DNA of 63,388 nucleotides, the filler included, from Octopus bimaculoides (Eukaryota): NCBI RefSeq assembly GCF_001194135.2. It is 3 parts of 3 records of this genome, joined end to end, with 100 filler letters (N's around TTAATTAATTAA, not from the genome) between each part and the next. Parts side by side here need not be neighbours in the genome. Positions count along the whole stretch, not along the records: positions 23,937 to 52,002 come from NC_068990.1; positions 52,103 to 63,388 come from NC_068987.1; 1 more part is not named here. One strand, 5' to 3'. Position 1 is the first letter of the stretch, and each line of letters starts with the position of its first letter. The notes beneath the pieces were generated by a model. The model was not told the origin of the DNA and made no database searches. It saw nothing but the letters and a program-made list of their open reading frames with translations. The position numbers and the translations under genes are program-made. Shown here piece after piece: positions 49,276-63,342 of this stretch.

Positions 49276-49966
49276 TATAATGATAATGTATAATAATGTG
49301 ACTTATACACACGTAAAAACGGTGTACATGAGTATACATAGATACATAGATACATTAATATATACATACATACATACAGACAGACACGAACTTACATTAA
49401 ACCGTACGTACGTGCATGCATGCATATATATATACATACATGTATGCAAGCATACATACATACATACATACATACATACATACATACATACATAACGGAA
49501 CAGAGAATATCTAATGTATAACATTTTAAGAGGTTCTATTCATACTTAATATGTTCTGAGCGCGTTGACCATGACTATCTGATCGCTGTTGTTTAACGTA
49601 ACATAGAACATCTGTAACCATTACGCGATATATTGTCATACACACGTGATCTAATAATGTAAAAGAACTTTGAAACTCCATGGTATATCGACCTTATTAT
49701 GTGCTTCACCTGTCAAAACTACACAGATCCAAGAACAATAGGAGGTGTTCTTCGTTGGCAAAGCACAATAGCGATAGGATATCTATGTTCGAATATGCCG
49801 AAACATTAATAATGATAAATAGATACGTTTAGTGTATACACGCACATAAGGATGTGTGTGTATGTATGTTTATATATTGATATATATATTTCTGTGTGAA
49901 TGTGCATGTATATATATACACACACACACACACACATACACACACACACGCACGCACACACGCACG

Positions 49967-50009
<43 letters not shown>

Positions 50010-50779
50010 GTATATATATATATATATATATTTATACCTATATAGGCTCATATACATGCATGCAATCTCTATACCTATGCTCGCTGCCTTATATTGGTTC
50101 ATCTATATTATTGCCACAATTATACTAAAGGTGTTAATTGCTTAAATATCCCATCATCATCATCATCATCATCATCATTATCATCATCATCGTCGTCGTC
50201 GTCGTCGTCATCATCATCATCACCATCGTAATTATCGTCATCATTTTTACTTCAAGCTTCTCATCATTTATGTGACATATTAACGCAGATGGCCTCAATG
50301 GATATTAAAATATGTTGTTTTGTTTTCATTTTTAAATACTTAATGTACAGAAAATATTCGCAAACATAAAAATTCATCACAAAAATCACAGCTTTCATGT
50401 TTTAATCGCTCTGTCTGTTGACAACTACTTGACTGTTTATGAATAGAGACACACTGTTCAATGCCTGGTCAACTTTATTAACTTTTTATGGCCTCTTCAG
50501 AGCAGCAGAAATAACTCTAACAGCAGCAACGGCAGCGGCAGTGGCAGCACCAGCAGTAGTAGTAGTAGCAGCAGCAGAAACAGCTGCATAGCTACCTTGT
50601 AGTGAGTTTTCCGAGACAGATGAGGCGACTGATCTGATGTGCTATTATTTAGGCTAAGCAGTATGGTTTAGGTTGCGTCGCTAACACATGATTCCAAGTT
50701 CGATTCCAGTAAGTGATATCTGGGACAATTGTCTTCTGTAGCATTATGAGTAAAATTGATTCGACATAAGCCCTATAGC

Positions 50780-51080
50780 AAACAGTTGCAGTCATATATA
50801 TCATGTGTTCTGTCTAAGGTTAACTCAGAAGCCAATTTTTTTTCAGCCTTTCTTGCTACAAATCTGGCAAGGTGATAACATAAATCAGTATGGCAACCAT
50901 ATCTTTTTAACCCACAACTCAACCGGACCGTCACAAAATAAAATTTGAAGACTAACGTGGTTTGGTGAGATTTTTTTCCATATTTTTCAATATAGAGTAA
51001 TATAAATCTACCATTCACATTTAACTTGTTCCAAACCTTACAATGTCGACTAGGAGTGTGGCACTTCCTCAAAGGGTTTT
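50780..51080 (-). mobile_element. Possible decayed R4-type RT fragment
   Basis: Minus strand KPFEEVPHS (KAFDSVPHS-like) and HMIYM..LQLFA (HLLYMDDLKLFA-like) across frames. Confidence 0.4.
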
Positions 51081-51599
51081 ACTAGAACATACCGATCCCA
51101 GTAATTTTATTTTTGAAAAACTAATTTTAAGTCTGGTATTTATCCATCCCTTTCGCAGAGCCGCTAAGCTACGAGGACGTAAACAAAACAATATCGCTAT
51201 TCAGGCGATGGTGGTGGCGTGACAAACAAAAGACCCAAAAATATTCCCACACAGACATATACATACATATGCATATAGGCAAAAAGAGATGACACCGGAA
51301 AAACAAAGGTTACGTAATGAACTTCATTGGCTTACAACTGTTTCTACAATAAGATGCAGTGGGCTCTTAGTTCAGTACTCGGATAACATCCTACAGCTTC
51401 ATCGGAACTTTATTTGGGAAAATTATACTTTTGGAACATACAGGTGACAGTGAGAAAGTATATGTTGATTCCTAGGGAAAAGTGTGTCGAAAAGTATATA
51501 TATACACATATATATATATATGATTTACAGAAAAACAAAAAACGAAGACAGATGTATGACTGAGATTTTGCTGAAATGTCTAGGTCGTCAACCAAATTC

Positions 51600-51880
51600 T
51601 TTTCTTAATCTATTAATTTTGATTGCGTTGGAAGTTGAGCTACTACACAAAATACTGCAGTAGTTACCATGAGAGAAACACTCATATTGGTTTTCGATGC
51701 ATATAAGCACTCATGTTTACATCGCTAGCGGGGAAATAAATCATCCGCCATCGCCGCCGCGCCGAGACTACTAGATCATGTGGTCGGCCTTCCTGGATCT
51801 AGTTTATGGGAGGTGCTCGAACGCTGGAGATAGCAGCAATATATCTGCTAGCGACATACATGGAATTTCTGTACCTAAAC
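51600..51880. repeat. Unclassified foldback repeat family B, locus 2
   Basis: Reverse-oriented homolog of 47690-47985, including the spacer motif acatgatct. Confidence 0.75.
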
Positions 51881-52002
51881 AGGTGTCGCGAATAGCCAGT
51901 GGGCTTATCAAAAAAGTAATTATTAGCAACATTGACTTTTAGTAACTTTTGGTATTGAAACAGCTTCTATCGCTAATAATCATATATATATATATATATA
52001 TA

Positions 52003-52102
52003 NNNNNNNNNNNNNNNNNNNNNNNNNNNNNNNNNNNNNNNNNNNNTTAATTAATTAANNNNNNNNNNNNNNNNNNNNNNNNNNNNNNNNNNNNNNNNNN
52101 NN
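52003..52102. other. Artificial scaffold spacer N44-TTAATTAATTAA-N44
   Basis: Identical in structure to 23837-23936. Confidence 0.93.
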
Positions 52103-52335
52103 TGTGTGTGTGTGTGTGTGTGTGTGTTGTTTGTCCCCCCATCATCGCTTGACAACAGATGCTGGTGTGTTTACGTCCCCGTAACTTAGTGGTTCGGCAA
52201 AACAGACCGATAGAATAAGTACTAGGCTTACAAAGAATAAGTCCTGGGGTCGATTAGCTCGACTAAAAAAGGCGGTGCTCCAGCATGGCCACAGTCAAAT
52301 GACTGAAACAAGTAAAAGAGTAAAAGAGTAAAAGA
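52103..52335 (+). mobile_element. SINE family A 3' half, young, with a (TAAAAGAG)n tail
   Basis: Near-identical to the reverse complement of 54275-54480. Confidence 0.92.
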
Positions 52336-52685
52336 GAAAAGAGAGTATAGGTATATATACAGAAAGAGAGATACTTTGAGTAGCGACACTCTATAACGGT
52401 ATATGCGAGTTCATATAACGGGAGGTTAAACTTAATCAGATGCACGGTATAATAATACCAACTAGCCCCTTGGGTACCTTTAGTAGAGATCACTCTATTC
52501 AAAGCATTTGAGATTAGTGTCTAGATTGTGGATCAATTATCTCCCCTCTCCAAAACAGTTTCCGAAGCCTCGAAAGAGCTCATGAACATCGCTCTTTTTC
52601 TTCAGACTAAGTAATAAAAAGAATATATGTGTGAATGTGAATGTGTGTGGCTATAAGTGTGTGTGGAGGTGTATACAAATACGCA

Positions 52686-52980
52686 AATAACAGGCTGAGT
52701 GAAAAATAAGCAACGTTTTGAAACATGAAATTCATCACAATATATGCGGACATTTTATTTATCAAAATAAGTAACATTACAGTCAGCACATTTTTGCCGA
52801 CAAGTTGCAAGTTTGTTTATTCCGGTAACATAAAACTCTGGAGTTCTGGAGCTGATGAACTCTTTGAAAGCACTTTCAGCATCGGTTTGATTTTTTAACT
52901 CCTTCTCTCGCAGGAAACCATCAAGGTTCTTGAAAAAGTGGTAGTCGGTAGGAGAACGGTTTGGGGAATAAGCTGGGTAG
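52686..52980 (-). mobile_element. Mariner 3' fragment (Hsmar1/cecropia-like C-terminus)
   Basis: Minus strand PAYSPNRSPTDYHFFKNLDGFLREKELKNQTDAESAFKEFISSRTPEFYVTGINKLATCRQKCADCNVTYFDK*. Confidence 0.9.
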
Positions 52981-53144
52981 GGAAGATAGATAGATTACTA
53001 GATAGACATAGATATAGATGTAGATATATGGATTCATAAACATGTTCATACATAAATTAAGATGTAGAGGGAAAGAAAATGATAAACGGATGGAGAGAAA
53101 TGCATATATATATTTGTGCTTGTGCAAAATGCATGTATGTTCAG

Positions 53145-53185
<41 letters not shown>

Positions 53186-53680
53186 AGTGGGAGGAGCAGT
53201 GTTCTAATGAAAACCGGAAAATTATGATAATGTAACAGAAGGAAGACAAGAAAATGATCGCAAAAATTATGGTGTTGAAGTAAGAATTTACATTAAAACT
53301 TAAATACGTACACAAACATCGATAAACGAGTTGGAGTCACCGAAAGCGCAAGTAAAAATGAGTGCACACTTAAACGTTCTTGAATATACATAACACACAT
53401 ACACACACACACACATATTTTTTACTCTTAATTTTGCTGGTTTCAGCTGAAGGCTGAGGCCATGCTGAGGCACCGCCTTTAATGTGATTGCTTTTTATTT
53501 CGCACAAACTTCCCGGCTTTCTCTCCGGAATTGCTTCTGGCGAAGTAATGAGTTGGACAGAGTTGCTCTTCTTTGTGTTTCCTGGTGCGATATGGGTTCA
53601 ACCGGTAACTCAGATAAAAAATTTGCCCAAACGTTTTTTTTATTAATATCCACATCTATTTCTCGTAGATCTTTGAGATT

Positions 53681-53683
<3 letters not shown>

Positions 53684-53776
<93 letters not shown>
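53684..53776. repeat. (TG)n microsatellite
   Basis: Direct reading. Confidence 0.98.
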
Positions 53777-53778
<2 letters not shown>

Positions 53779-53899
53779 TGTGGTTACGTGCGTGTGTGTT
53801 TATGTGTGGAAGTTCACAACATATCAAAATCGCACAAAAGAGAGAAATAACGAAAATGTACGGACATTCTCCTCCAAATCTTGAGGGAAAATTAATAAC

Positions 53900-55320
53900 C
53901 CTCAAGTGTGAACTCAAGATTCAGAGTGAAAAAGATCCACCACTGAGAAAAGTATTACAGGGATCCAGGACAAAGCATAAATTTGCTTTTAACCTGCAAA
54001 CTGGATAAGAGAAATGAGGGAGAAAATATCGTCTTAAAATCATTGTTCGAAGATCTGAAACAAAATAAAATACTTTAATTGTAGTGCAGCATAACAAGAT
54101 ACACCAAAACGAGAATATGCACCAATAATTGTCGTAAAATTTATGGTTTATGCAGTCAAAGTTTTCACCAGATAACTGAAGGAAAGGTACTCAATCAAAA
54201 GGTACACGGAGGATACCTCATTGTTGGCTATTGGCACAACACGTTGATGCGTATATATAAAATTAATTACTCTCTTTTACTCTCTTTTACTTGTTTCAGT
54301 CATTTGACTGCGGCCATGCTGGAGCACCGCCTTTAGTCGAGAAAATCGACCCCAGGACTTATTCTTTGCAAGCCTAGTACTTATTCTATCGGTCTCTTTT
54401 TGCCGAACCGCTAAGTTACGGGGACGTAAACACACCAGCATCGGTTGTCAAGCGATGTTGGGGGGACAGACACAGACACACATACACGCAGTGGGACTGA
54501 ACCCGGAACCATGTGTTTGGTAAGCAAGCTACTTACCACACTGCCACTCCTGCGCCTAAATTATTCACATATTTTTTAAAAAATCTATAGAAAGCCTGGT
54601 AGAGATAGCAAACTGAGTTTCCATAATACGAGCAAACCTCGTAACCAAGAAGGTAGTCACTGCTTTAGCAGAGAATTCGAGGTCGATAGACTGTCTTAAC
54701 ATTATCCACGAATTGTGCACCAGCTGCCTGAATCATTTCTCCGAAGATTATTATGAGTTGAATATAATATAGTCGCTGGGAAGCAAGCAGGTGGAATAAA
54801 GAAGAGTATGGCGATTTGTTGAACAAACTTTTGTAAATAAAACTACTGTCTGAAGTAAGAAAACACTGCAGAGACCTTGTTACAGTGTGGCTCGATTAGT
54901 GAAAGGCGTTTTACTCCATTCTACATTTCTGGCTACAAAAGTCACTGCGAAAGGCAAAAGTACCCGCTACCTTAGTCGATGTCATTAAAAGGGTCATGTA
55001 GACTGGGACCATAATCCCCACTATTGTAACTGAAAGTGAGACGATTGTCTCTAATTTTATTGATATTTCAACGGGAAAATTTCCATACTGACACTCTCAC
55101 TGTACTTCTACGACTTTTGGCCCTATATCTACTGCTAGGTCCTCTACGGAAGCTCACTGGTTATGTTCCAGTATCTACAACAGTAAGATACGCTAATAAA
55201 GCCCCATAATTTAGGCCACAACACCTAAAATGATCTGAATCTAATGACAATTTCCCTGATGTAGGAATAGAGTTTGGTTGAGAGAAATGTTTGTATTTAA
55301 CGATTGAACGTGAAAGCATC
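53900..55320 (+). mobile_element. Decayed R4/Dong-type LINE (N-terminal region plus RT), interrupted by a SINE
   Basis: SEKDPPLRKVLQG and GRKYRLK..EDLKQ lie upstream; then EVRKHCRDLVTVWLD**KAFYSILHFWLQKSLRKAKVP and GIEFG*EKC. Confidence 0.7.
54275..54556 (-). mobile_element. SINE family A, young, with an internal deletion
   Basis: The near-consensus 3' half is joined at catacac|gcagtggg directly to the tRNA head; the central module is missing. Confidence 0.92.
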
Positions 55321-55910
55321 ATTCCCCTAACAGCGATGTTGTCGTTGCAGTCAGCGTGTCTGCCGTCTGATGTGGAGAGGTTTGATGAGGCCCATACCTC
55401 TCCGGGTCAGGCCGTAGTTGGTATCTACCAGGAAGTAAGAGAGTGAGAGAGAGTGAGAGAAGAAGAAGAAGAAGAAGAAGAAGAAGAAGAAGGAGGAGGA
55501 GGAGGAGGAGGAGGAGGAGAGAAGGATGTGGNNNNNNNNNNNNNNNNNNNNNNNNNNNNNNNNNNNNNNNNNNNNNNNNNNNNNNNNNNNNNNNNNNNNN
55601 NNNNNNNNNNNNNNNNNNNNNNNNNNNNNNNNNNNNNNNNNNNNNNNNNNNNNNNNNNNNNNNNNNNNNNNNNNNNNNNNNNNNNNNNNNNNNNNNNNNN
55701 NNNNNNNNNNNNNNNNNNNNNNNNNNNNNNNNNNNNNNNNNNNNNNNNNNNNNNNNNNNNNNNNNNNNNNNNNNNNNNNNNNNNNNNNNNNNNNNNNNNN
55801 NNNNNNNNNNNNNNNNNNNNNNNNNNNNNNNNNNNNNNNNNNNNNNNNNNNNNNNNNNNNNNNNNNNNNNNNNNNNNNNNNNNNNNNNNNNNNNNNNNNN
55901 NNNNNNNNNN

Positions 55911-55971
<61 letters not shown>

Positions 55972-57453
55972 TCTCTGACACACACACACTTATCTGAATT
56001 TATACTTCACCATATAATCAATTATTTTGTGCTATATCACTGTATCATTATTATAGATTGGTTGAAGAAGTAGTCGACACATTTAATTCACAATGTCTTT
56101 TTCATATTCTTGCAGAAAAAAAAACAAAACAAAACAAAAAAAACAAAAAAAAACCTTACGAGCCATAACTGCAATTAGTGATGCTTGAAGGGAATAAAGA
56201 GACCACATTTTTTCCCGCCAGGAATATGGTGCAAGCGACTCCAAAGATCTAATCTTCAGTAATATATAAGCATTATCTACAATGTGAAGTGTATTTATTT
56301 CCTCTTTCTTTCTGACAATACATGCCATTATTTTAAATCGGTTTTAACCAAAAGTGTCATTAGGTGACAAATATGGTTCTATTTAAAAAAGAATAAAAAG
56401 TATAAAAGCCTTATTATTTATCACATGCCTAATCTTTATTCTAATAAGCATGAAAATCCTTTGCATTTGGCACCGAAATGAGAAAAGAGAGAAAAATTAT
56501 TCAAAGATTCAAAATTTATTTGCATATTTAGAAAATCGAACAGACCAAAGACAAATTCATATGCAGAGGCAAACTAATTTTTACTAAGCCCGTATCTTTT
56601 AACAGCTATGATCTCAACACATGAACCCAACCTATCTATCCATTCCCAGATGTTTGCCAAACTAAATAGTACGCAACAAAAGACCTATTGACTTTTAGCT
56701 TCAATTCCCACGCGGAACACAAGCCTAACAAAGACTTTCCCCAGACACTAGCTAACATACACAGTACACTACATGGTCAATTCCCACTCTGGACATTATC
56801 CAAATTGCATACAATACATCTTTGAACTATTCAATACTAATTTCAGTCTGCCCTCCAATAGTAATGTCTTCTAGCTTCTCTTTCTTGCTTCTCTTCTTTC
56901 TCATTTTCGTTATTACTCCCTCTCACTTTTCTCCTCGACGCATATGTTCATCAATGTGCATATGTACAAAAATGTGTATTTGTATATGTGCGCATGTGCT
57001 AAAGTATGTGGCCGCATCGATTTTTATTTTTTTAATTTTTTATTTAATTGGTTGAGTTAGTCGTATTGTTTTTCTTTTTAAAAGTATTTCTTAAGCTGCT
57101 TCAGTAGATTGCATTGCTTAACTGTGCTGGGTTGTTACATTGGTTAGTTACTAAGTTTCGATGTCTATGTTGGAAAATATATCAAAAGTCTGATTGGATG
57201 GCAGAAAGATTGCAAAGGAAAATAACGTTTGAATCAGCACAGGAATCCTCATCCTTGACATATGTTTAATATAAATCTTTGCCTTGTAATTGTCCAATTA
57301 CCCACAGTATGATTCATCTGCGTACAACATGCGTTCTAGAATTATATATGTCAATAATACTTCCTGAAATTATAGAATTATGAATTACTAATACACACAC
57401 ACACACACATACATAATATACATACAAAATGCATACATACGTACATATGTAGG

Positions 57454-57491
<38 letters not shown>

Positions 57492-58040
57492 NNNNNNNNN
57501 NNNNNNNNNNNNNNNNNNNNNNNNNNNNNNNNNNNNNNNNNNNNNNNNNNNNNNNNNNNNNNNNNNNNNNNNNNNNNNNNNNNNNNNNNNNNNNNNNNNN
57601 NNNNNNNNNNNNNNNNNNNNNNNNNNNNNNNNNNNNNNNNNNNNNNNNNNNNNNNNNNNNNNNNNNNNNNNNNNNNNNNNNNNNNNNNNNNNNNNNNNNN
57701 NNNNNNNNNNNNNNNNNNNNNNNNNNNNNNNNNNNNNNNNNNNNNNNNNNNNNNNNNNNNNNNNNNNNNNNNNNNNNNNNNNNNNNNNNNNNNNNNNNNN
57801 NNNNNNNNNNNNNNNNNNNNNNNNNNNNNNNNNNNNNNNNNNNNNNNNNNNNNNNNNNNNNNNNNNNNNNNNNNNNNNNNNNNNNNNNNNNNNNNNNNNN
57901 NNNNNNNNNNNNNNNNNNNNNNNNNNNNNNNNNNNNNNNNNNNNNNNNNNNNNNNNNNNNNNNNNNNNNNNNNNNNNNNNNNNNNNNNNNNNNNNNNNNN
58001 NNNNNNNNNNNNNNNNNNNNNNNNNNNNNNNNNNNNNNNN

Positions 58041-58078
<38 letters not shown>

Positions 58079-58379
58079 CATACGTACATACATACATACG
58101 TACATACATACATACATACATACATACATACATACATACATACATACATACATACATACATACACAGCTCTTATTATATATATAAAATTCCTTCATATAA
58201 AAAGTCTTGTTGCTCTACCCCTTAAATTCGAATAAAAGCAAAGTTTTCAATCGATTCGTGGCCGATGAACTAAATATGAACCATATATTTGGACTAATAT
58301 AAGAAACAATTATTTTTAATGACAATAATTAATACCGTAAATTGTAGAAGCGGTAGAGACCTAAATTAAGTATTTTGAA

Positions 58380-58800
58380 ATATTTAGTATCGTCCCATTA
58401 TGTTTTGTCTCTCTTCAAATCCACTCGATTTCGCCAATACCTTCCATCTCTCAAGGGTCAGTCAGATAATTGCCAACCATAGAATATTATCTTCTCAATC
58501 AACGATAAAAAAAAACACCCATCAGAAATATTTGTTGTCTTTACAAGAACCAATCATTAACCATAAAGAAAGTGGATTATCAGTTAATGATTCCTTGACA
58601 AAATAATATAAATAGCAATACCTTAATGGTCTTGGGAAATGCACGAACATCTCCATATTTCATTTTACTACGCATTTTATACGAAGCATTAGTCTTAATT
58701 CAAATGAGGTCTACATCAAAATATATAGTTACGTTCTCTAAATGTTCCTTCTTTAAACTTTTCAATTCGTTAAAACTAACAGCTATTTTCACTTCACATA
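58380..58800 (-). mobile_element. Possible second hAT transposase relic (N-terminal region)
   Basis: Minus strand YCNICEVKI..KEHL (BED-finger-like) and YFVKESLTDNPLSL (PFSL..DGS-like); weak. Confidence 0.3.
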
Positions 58801-60175
58801 TATTACAGTAATTAATTATTTATAATTTATAACTTCATTACACACAAAAAACACACGCACACACACGCGCGCATGTATATACATGTATGTGTGTGTGTGT
58901 GTGTGTGTATGTACGTGCATGCGCGTACACATACAAATACACACTTTATTTGCTTACACTGTATGTGCCTATCCCTCTTTTATTCCATTTTCATTCTTCT
59001 TGTCTTCCCCATCTAATTTTGTCTGCCCTTTCAGAGTCTGTTTTCATTTCGCTACCCCCGCTCTTTCTTTCTCTTTCTTACTCACTCTTTCTCATTCCCT
59101 ATCTATCCATTTCTTGCTTTCGTTCGCTCTTTCTCTTATGCTTTCTCTGTCGTCTCATTTTAAGTCATAATTAATAGCTCTATTTCTCATATGAATACTC
59201 CTCCCACTATCTCCGCTTTTGTTGCTCTATCGATTTATTTCCCCTTTCACCTTCTCCTCTATTCATCATAATACGACGTCAATTAGTATCGACAGCACTC
59301 CGTTCGGACTGGAGACGAAGATAACAGCTTGACAACACAGAGAAACTCGGTGAATTTTATCGACTGGTCATTAAACTTTCTGCTTTAAGTATTTACCAAT
59401 TCACTGTCCCTATCATTCATTATCTCTATCCTCTCTTACACTATTTCCACCCTTCTTTTTTTTTTTCCCTCAGTAGCAAGACCCAATGGCGACATAGCAA
59501 CTGCAAATAAACTTCTATGATCTATTCATGAAAAGACCCAAGATTATAAAAGTGAGATTATTTAGCAACCGGATATGACGTATAAACGCACTAAACATCG
59601 CAATTTTGTAAAAGAATTTCTTGCAAGCAAAGACAAAATTGTCAAGCTCGTTATACTCACGATTTAAGTTCACTGACAGAAAAAGAAGGAACAACAGAAA
59701 CGCTATATTCACAGTTAGTTCGGTGACAAGCTGCCTACATCCGTTTTTAGCTGTACACCAAGGCAAGTCCGACAGGATGGGTAAACAATGAGGAAAAGAA
59801 GTAAGGAAAAAAAAAAAAACAGAAGAAAAGAAGCCAAGAGAGAAAGAGAGAGAAACATCGAAAAGAAAGCAAACGCGCGCGCGCACGCACACTTTGAGAA
59901 TAAGCTACTTATTGTAGTTTGTGTCTCAGTGATATTAAGCAAACAGATGGAACTTATTTCAGAGGTCAGGTTTCCTTTGTACTCACTTTATTATTCATTG
60001 TAACAAATCTAAGCATAAGCATCTTAGAAAAGCCAAAAAAAACAAAACAAAAAAAAAACAAAAAAAAACAAAAAAAACAAAGACGCATTTGCATACCTAA
60101 TAATATCTAATACAGATTCGACGCAATTGAAGTTTAATCGAAATCATGAGTAAAGCGAAATAACAGCGATTGTGG

Positions 60176-60211
<36 letters not shown>

Positions 60212-60714
60212 CGACGACGATGGTGATGACGATGATATGATGATGATGATGATCATGGTAGCGTTGCTGTGTATATTTTCATACTTGTAGTCACTAGACA
60301 GCTGTTACGCTAGGACAAAACTCTGAAGGTTTCGGTCAAACCAGTCTATCCAGGTACATATTTTGAAATCATGGTACTCATTTTATCGGTATCTTCTTCA
60401 CGAACTGTTTGGTTATGTTAATAGGACTGCACACAAGCACACAGTCTCTCTTTCACGCATTCACTCCCTCCCTCCCTCACTCACTCACCCACTCTCTCAC
60501 TCACTCACTCGCTCTCTCACTCACTCTCACGCTTAGTCACATAATTCATGCATACATACATACATACATACGTACATACATACATACATACATACATATA
60601 TACATACGTATATACATACATACATACATACGTACATACATACATACACGCGCGCGTTCATACATACGTATGCAAGTACGAACAGACATACAAACATATA
60701 TACAGATAACAGCT

Positions 60715-60870
60715 ATGTATGATGGGCTTCTACACAGTTCTAATTAAGTTTACTCACAAGTTTGTGAATGAATCTGACCGAGGGCTGTTAGGAGACACTT
60801 ACTCAAGATGCTATTGTGGGACTGAATTCGAAGCCACGTGCTTGAGAAACCAACTCTTTAACCATGCACT
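60715..60870 (-). mobile_element. SINE family A 5' half, decayed
   Basis: gatgggcttctacacag..actcacaag..gacacttactcaag..gtgggactgaa..ctttaacca. Confidence 0.7.
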
Positions 60871-60998
60871 GGTACCGTTGCGCGTGCATGTGTGTGTTTG
60901 CACACACACGCACACGCACGCATACAGACGCACGCGCGCGCACAAATACACACACACGCACAGACACACACACATACACACACCCACACACACACACA

Positions 60999-61046
<48 letters not shown>

Positions 61047-61314
61047 TCACAAATGGTCATAAAGTGATAGCTAAAGTTATCCACATATACGNNNNNNNNN
61101 NNNNNNNNNNNNNNNNNNNNNNNNNNNNNNNNNNNNNNNNNNNNNNNNNNNNNNNNNNNNNNNNNNNNNNNNNNNNNNNNNNNNNNNNNNNNNNNNNNNN
61201 NNNNNNNNNNNNNNNNNNNNNNNNNNNNNNNNNNNNNNNNNNNNNNNNNNNNNNNNNNNNNNNNNNNNNNNNNNNNNNNNNNNNNNNNNNNNNNNNNNNN
61301 NNNNNNNNNNNNNN

Positions 61315-61403
<89 letters not shown>

Positions 61404-62342
61404 TGCATAGATATTTATATACATTTATGTGTGTGAGTGTGCATGTAATATGTAAGTATGTACGTGTAGACACAGGTATACACAGACAATTAGATAAGCT
61501 GAAAGCGACAGAGACAGAGATAGAGATAGAGGAAGGTGGAAAAACATCAGATTTACACAATATAAGAAGGGTACTGTAACAATAGAATGAGGGTGGAGGC
61601 AAAATAAGAACAGAGATTGTGAGAGAAAATATTCGTTGACAACGGGTATTAGAACGGGACTGGGATAGGGGGAGAGAGTCAACCAAAAACGAGGTGAGAA
61701 AGAGAGAAAGTTGGTTGGCGTTTAGAGACTGGACAAGAGCTAGTTATTCAGTCAAACATAAAGACTGACAGAGAAGAGAAAGTGACGGGAAAAAAGAAAT
61801 GAGAATTAGATAAACAAATCTTACACTCTCACAAAGAAACAAATACGTTAATGTAAAGAAAAACAAAAACAAAACAGAGACTATTTCTGTGACAGTTTTT
61901 GACAAACAAGTCTTCGAGAGACCGGGCTGAACATTAGTAACAATAGCTTTTGTGATTTTGGTGAAAATTCACCTTTGAATATGGTCTTGAACAGGAAAGT
62001 AGACTGTGCCGTGAGAAAATAGCTTGGCGTGCCCTAAGTAAGACTCGAATATCAAAGTATTAGAATTTGCTTGTTTCTTGTTTGTTTGTTTGTTTATTTG
62101 TTTGTGTGTGTGTGTGTGTTTGTGTGTGTGTGCGTGCGTTTGCGTCTGTCTGTGTCTCTGTTAGTGTGTTATTGTATCTACGCATATATATGTACATAAA
62201 ACATAAATATAACCAACTATATAGACAGATAGAAAGATAGATAGGCAGATATTCACATAAATATAGACACATGTGCATATATTAATATATGGCTATTGTG
62301 TGTGTGTGTAGATAGAAACACATACATAATACCTTTATCTTA

Positions 62343-62373
<31 letters not shown>

Positions 62374-62771
62374 GCGTGTGCATGTGTGTGGTGTGTGGTG
62401 TGTGGTGTGGTATGTGTGTGTGTCTTTATGTATGCATTTATACATGAATTTATGTTTATGTGAAATGATTTCACGATTTGACAAGGAGAAATTTACATGT
62501 CTGAATCTACAAGCAGTCATCATCGTCATCACTACGACATTTCCCCTTCAGGATTAGCACATTTCTTTCTCTCGTTCAACACCTCTTGAGACCAAAATAT
62601 GTAGGTTACAACTCATTATGAGAGAATGAGTTTGCAGCAGTGGAACATAACAATCACATCTTTATTGAGGACTTAAGTGGTATATTTCATTCGAAGCAAG
62701 TTTTCATCCCTCTAAACTTATTATAGACGACTTCATTTTTATTCCTAATCGTTTGTTATTTTTTTTGTTTC

Positions 62772-62970
62772 CATGGCGGCGAGTTGACAAAATTGATACA
62801 GCATCACAATAATACATGGTGGTAACTGTTCCGACGCTTTACGTTCTGAACTCAAATCCCACTGTGGTCAATTTTGCATTTCAGTCCACCGGGGCGGATG
62901 AATTAATCTATCAGGTTATAGTGTACACCCACAGTCTGCCCTTAAAGTTGCTGGCCTTTCCACTAAATTA
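62772..62970 (+). mobile_element. SINE family B, decayed
   Basis: ggcggcgagttgacaaaa..ctttacgttctgaactcaaatccc..ggtcaattttgcattt. Confidence 0.7.
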
Positions 62971-63079
62971 GAGATTACACACACACAACATGTGTTGTGG
63001 AATAATGTTATTCAACAGGGTGCATAGCTCGGTGATCAAGAGTTTCTCTAGATCAAGCCACCGCTTCGCATCAACAGGT

Positions 63080-63300
63080 CACAGCCCCGGTGTTAGAACA
63101 AATTAGAATTTCGCAAGGAAGACGGATTATTCAGAACGGGCCAACCGGTAGGAGATCTAGGAATAAACTGAGAATATTATATTTGGACAAGATCCATAGT
63201 TTCAGTTGGTCACACTCAGGAGTCCAGCCAGCAAGTGTAATGATGGTTACTGCTGAGATGGAACTTACGGGGAGGATATGGATGTCTTAGGGTGCAACCC
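63080..63300 (+). mobile_element. Possible RTE-clade LINE 3' end
   Basis: RRIIQNGPTGRRSRNKLRILYLDKI resembles the RTE C-terminal GxRxRGRxRxxYLD motif. Confidence 0.4.
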
Positions 63301-63342
63301 TCACACTCTCTCGCAAATAGTGGGCAATGAAGATGGATGGAG

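Noticed and set aside
51330-51405. Minus-strand CCGAUGA..GAAACAGUUGUA hammerhead-like relic
   Set aside because: The core is mutated (U4 to C) and the long stem II does not close; too decayed to call.
52845-52885. CTGATGA..GAAA motif
   Set aside because: It lies within the antisense strand of mariner coding sequence; stems I and II do not form.
55374-55403. 8-bp hairpin GGAGAGGT/ACCTCTCC enclosing TGATGA
   Set aside because: No GAAA for a hammerhead, and no correctly ordered C/D boxes for a snoRNA.
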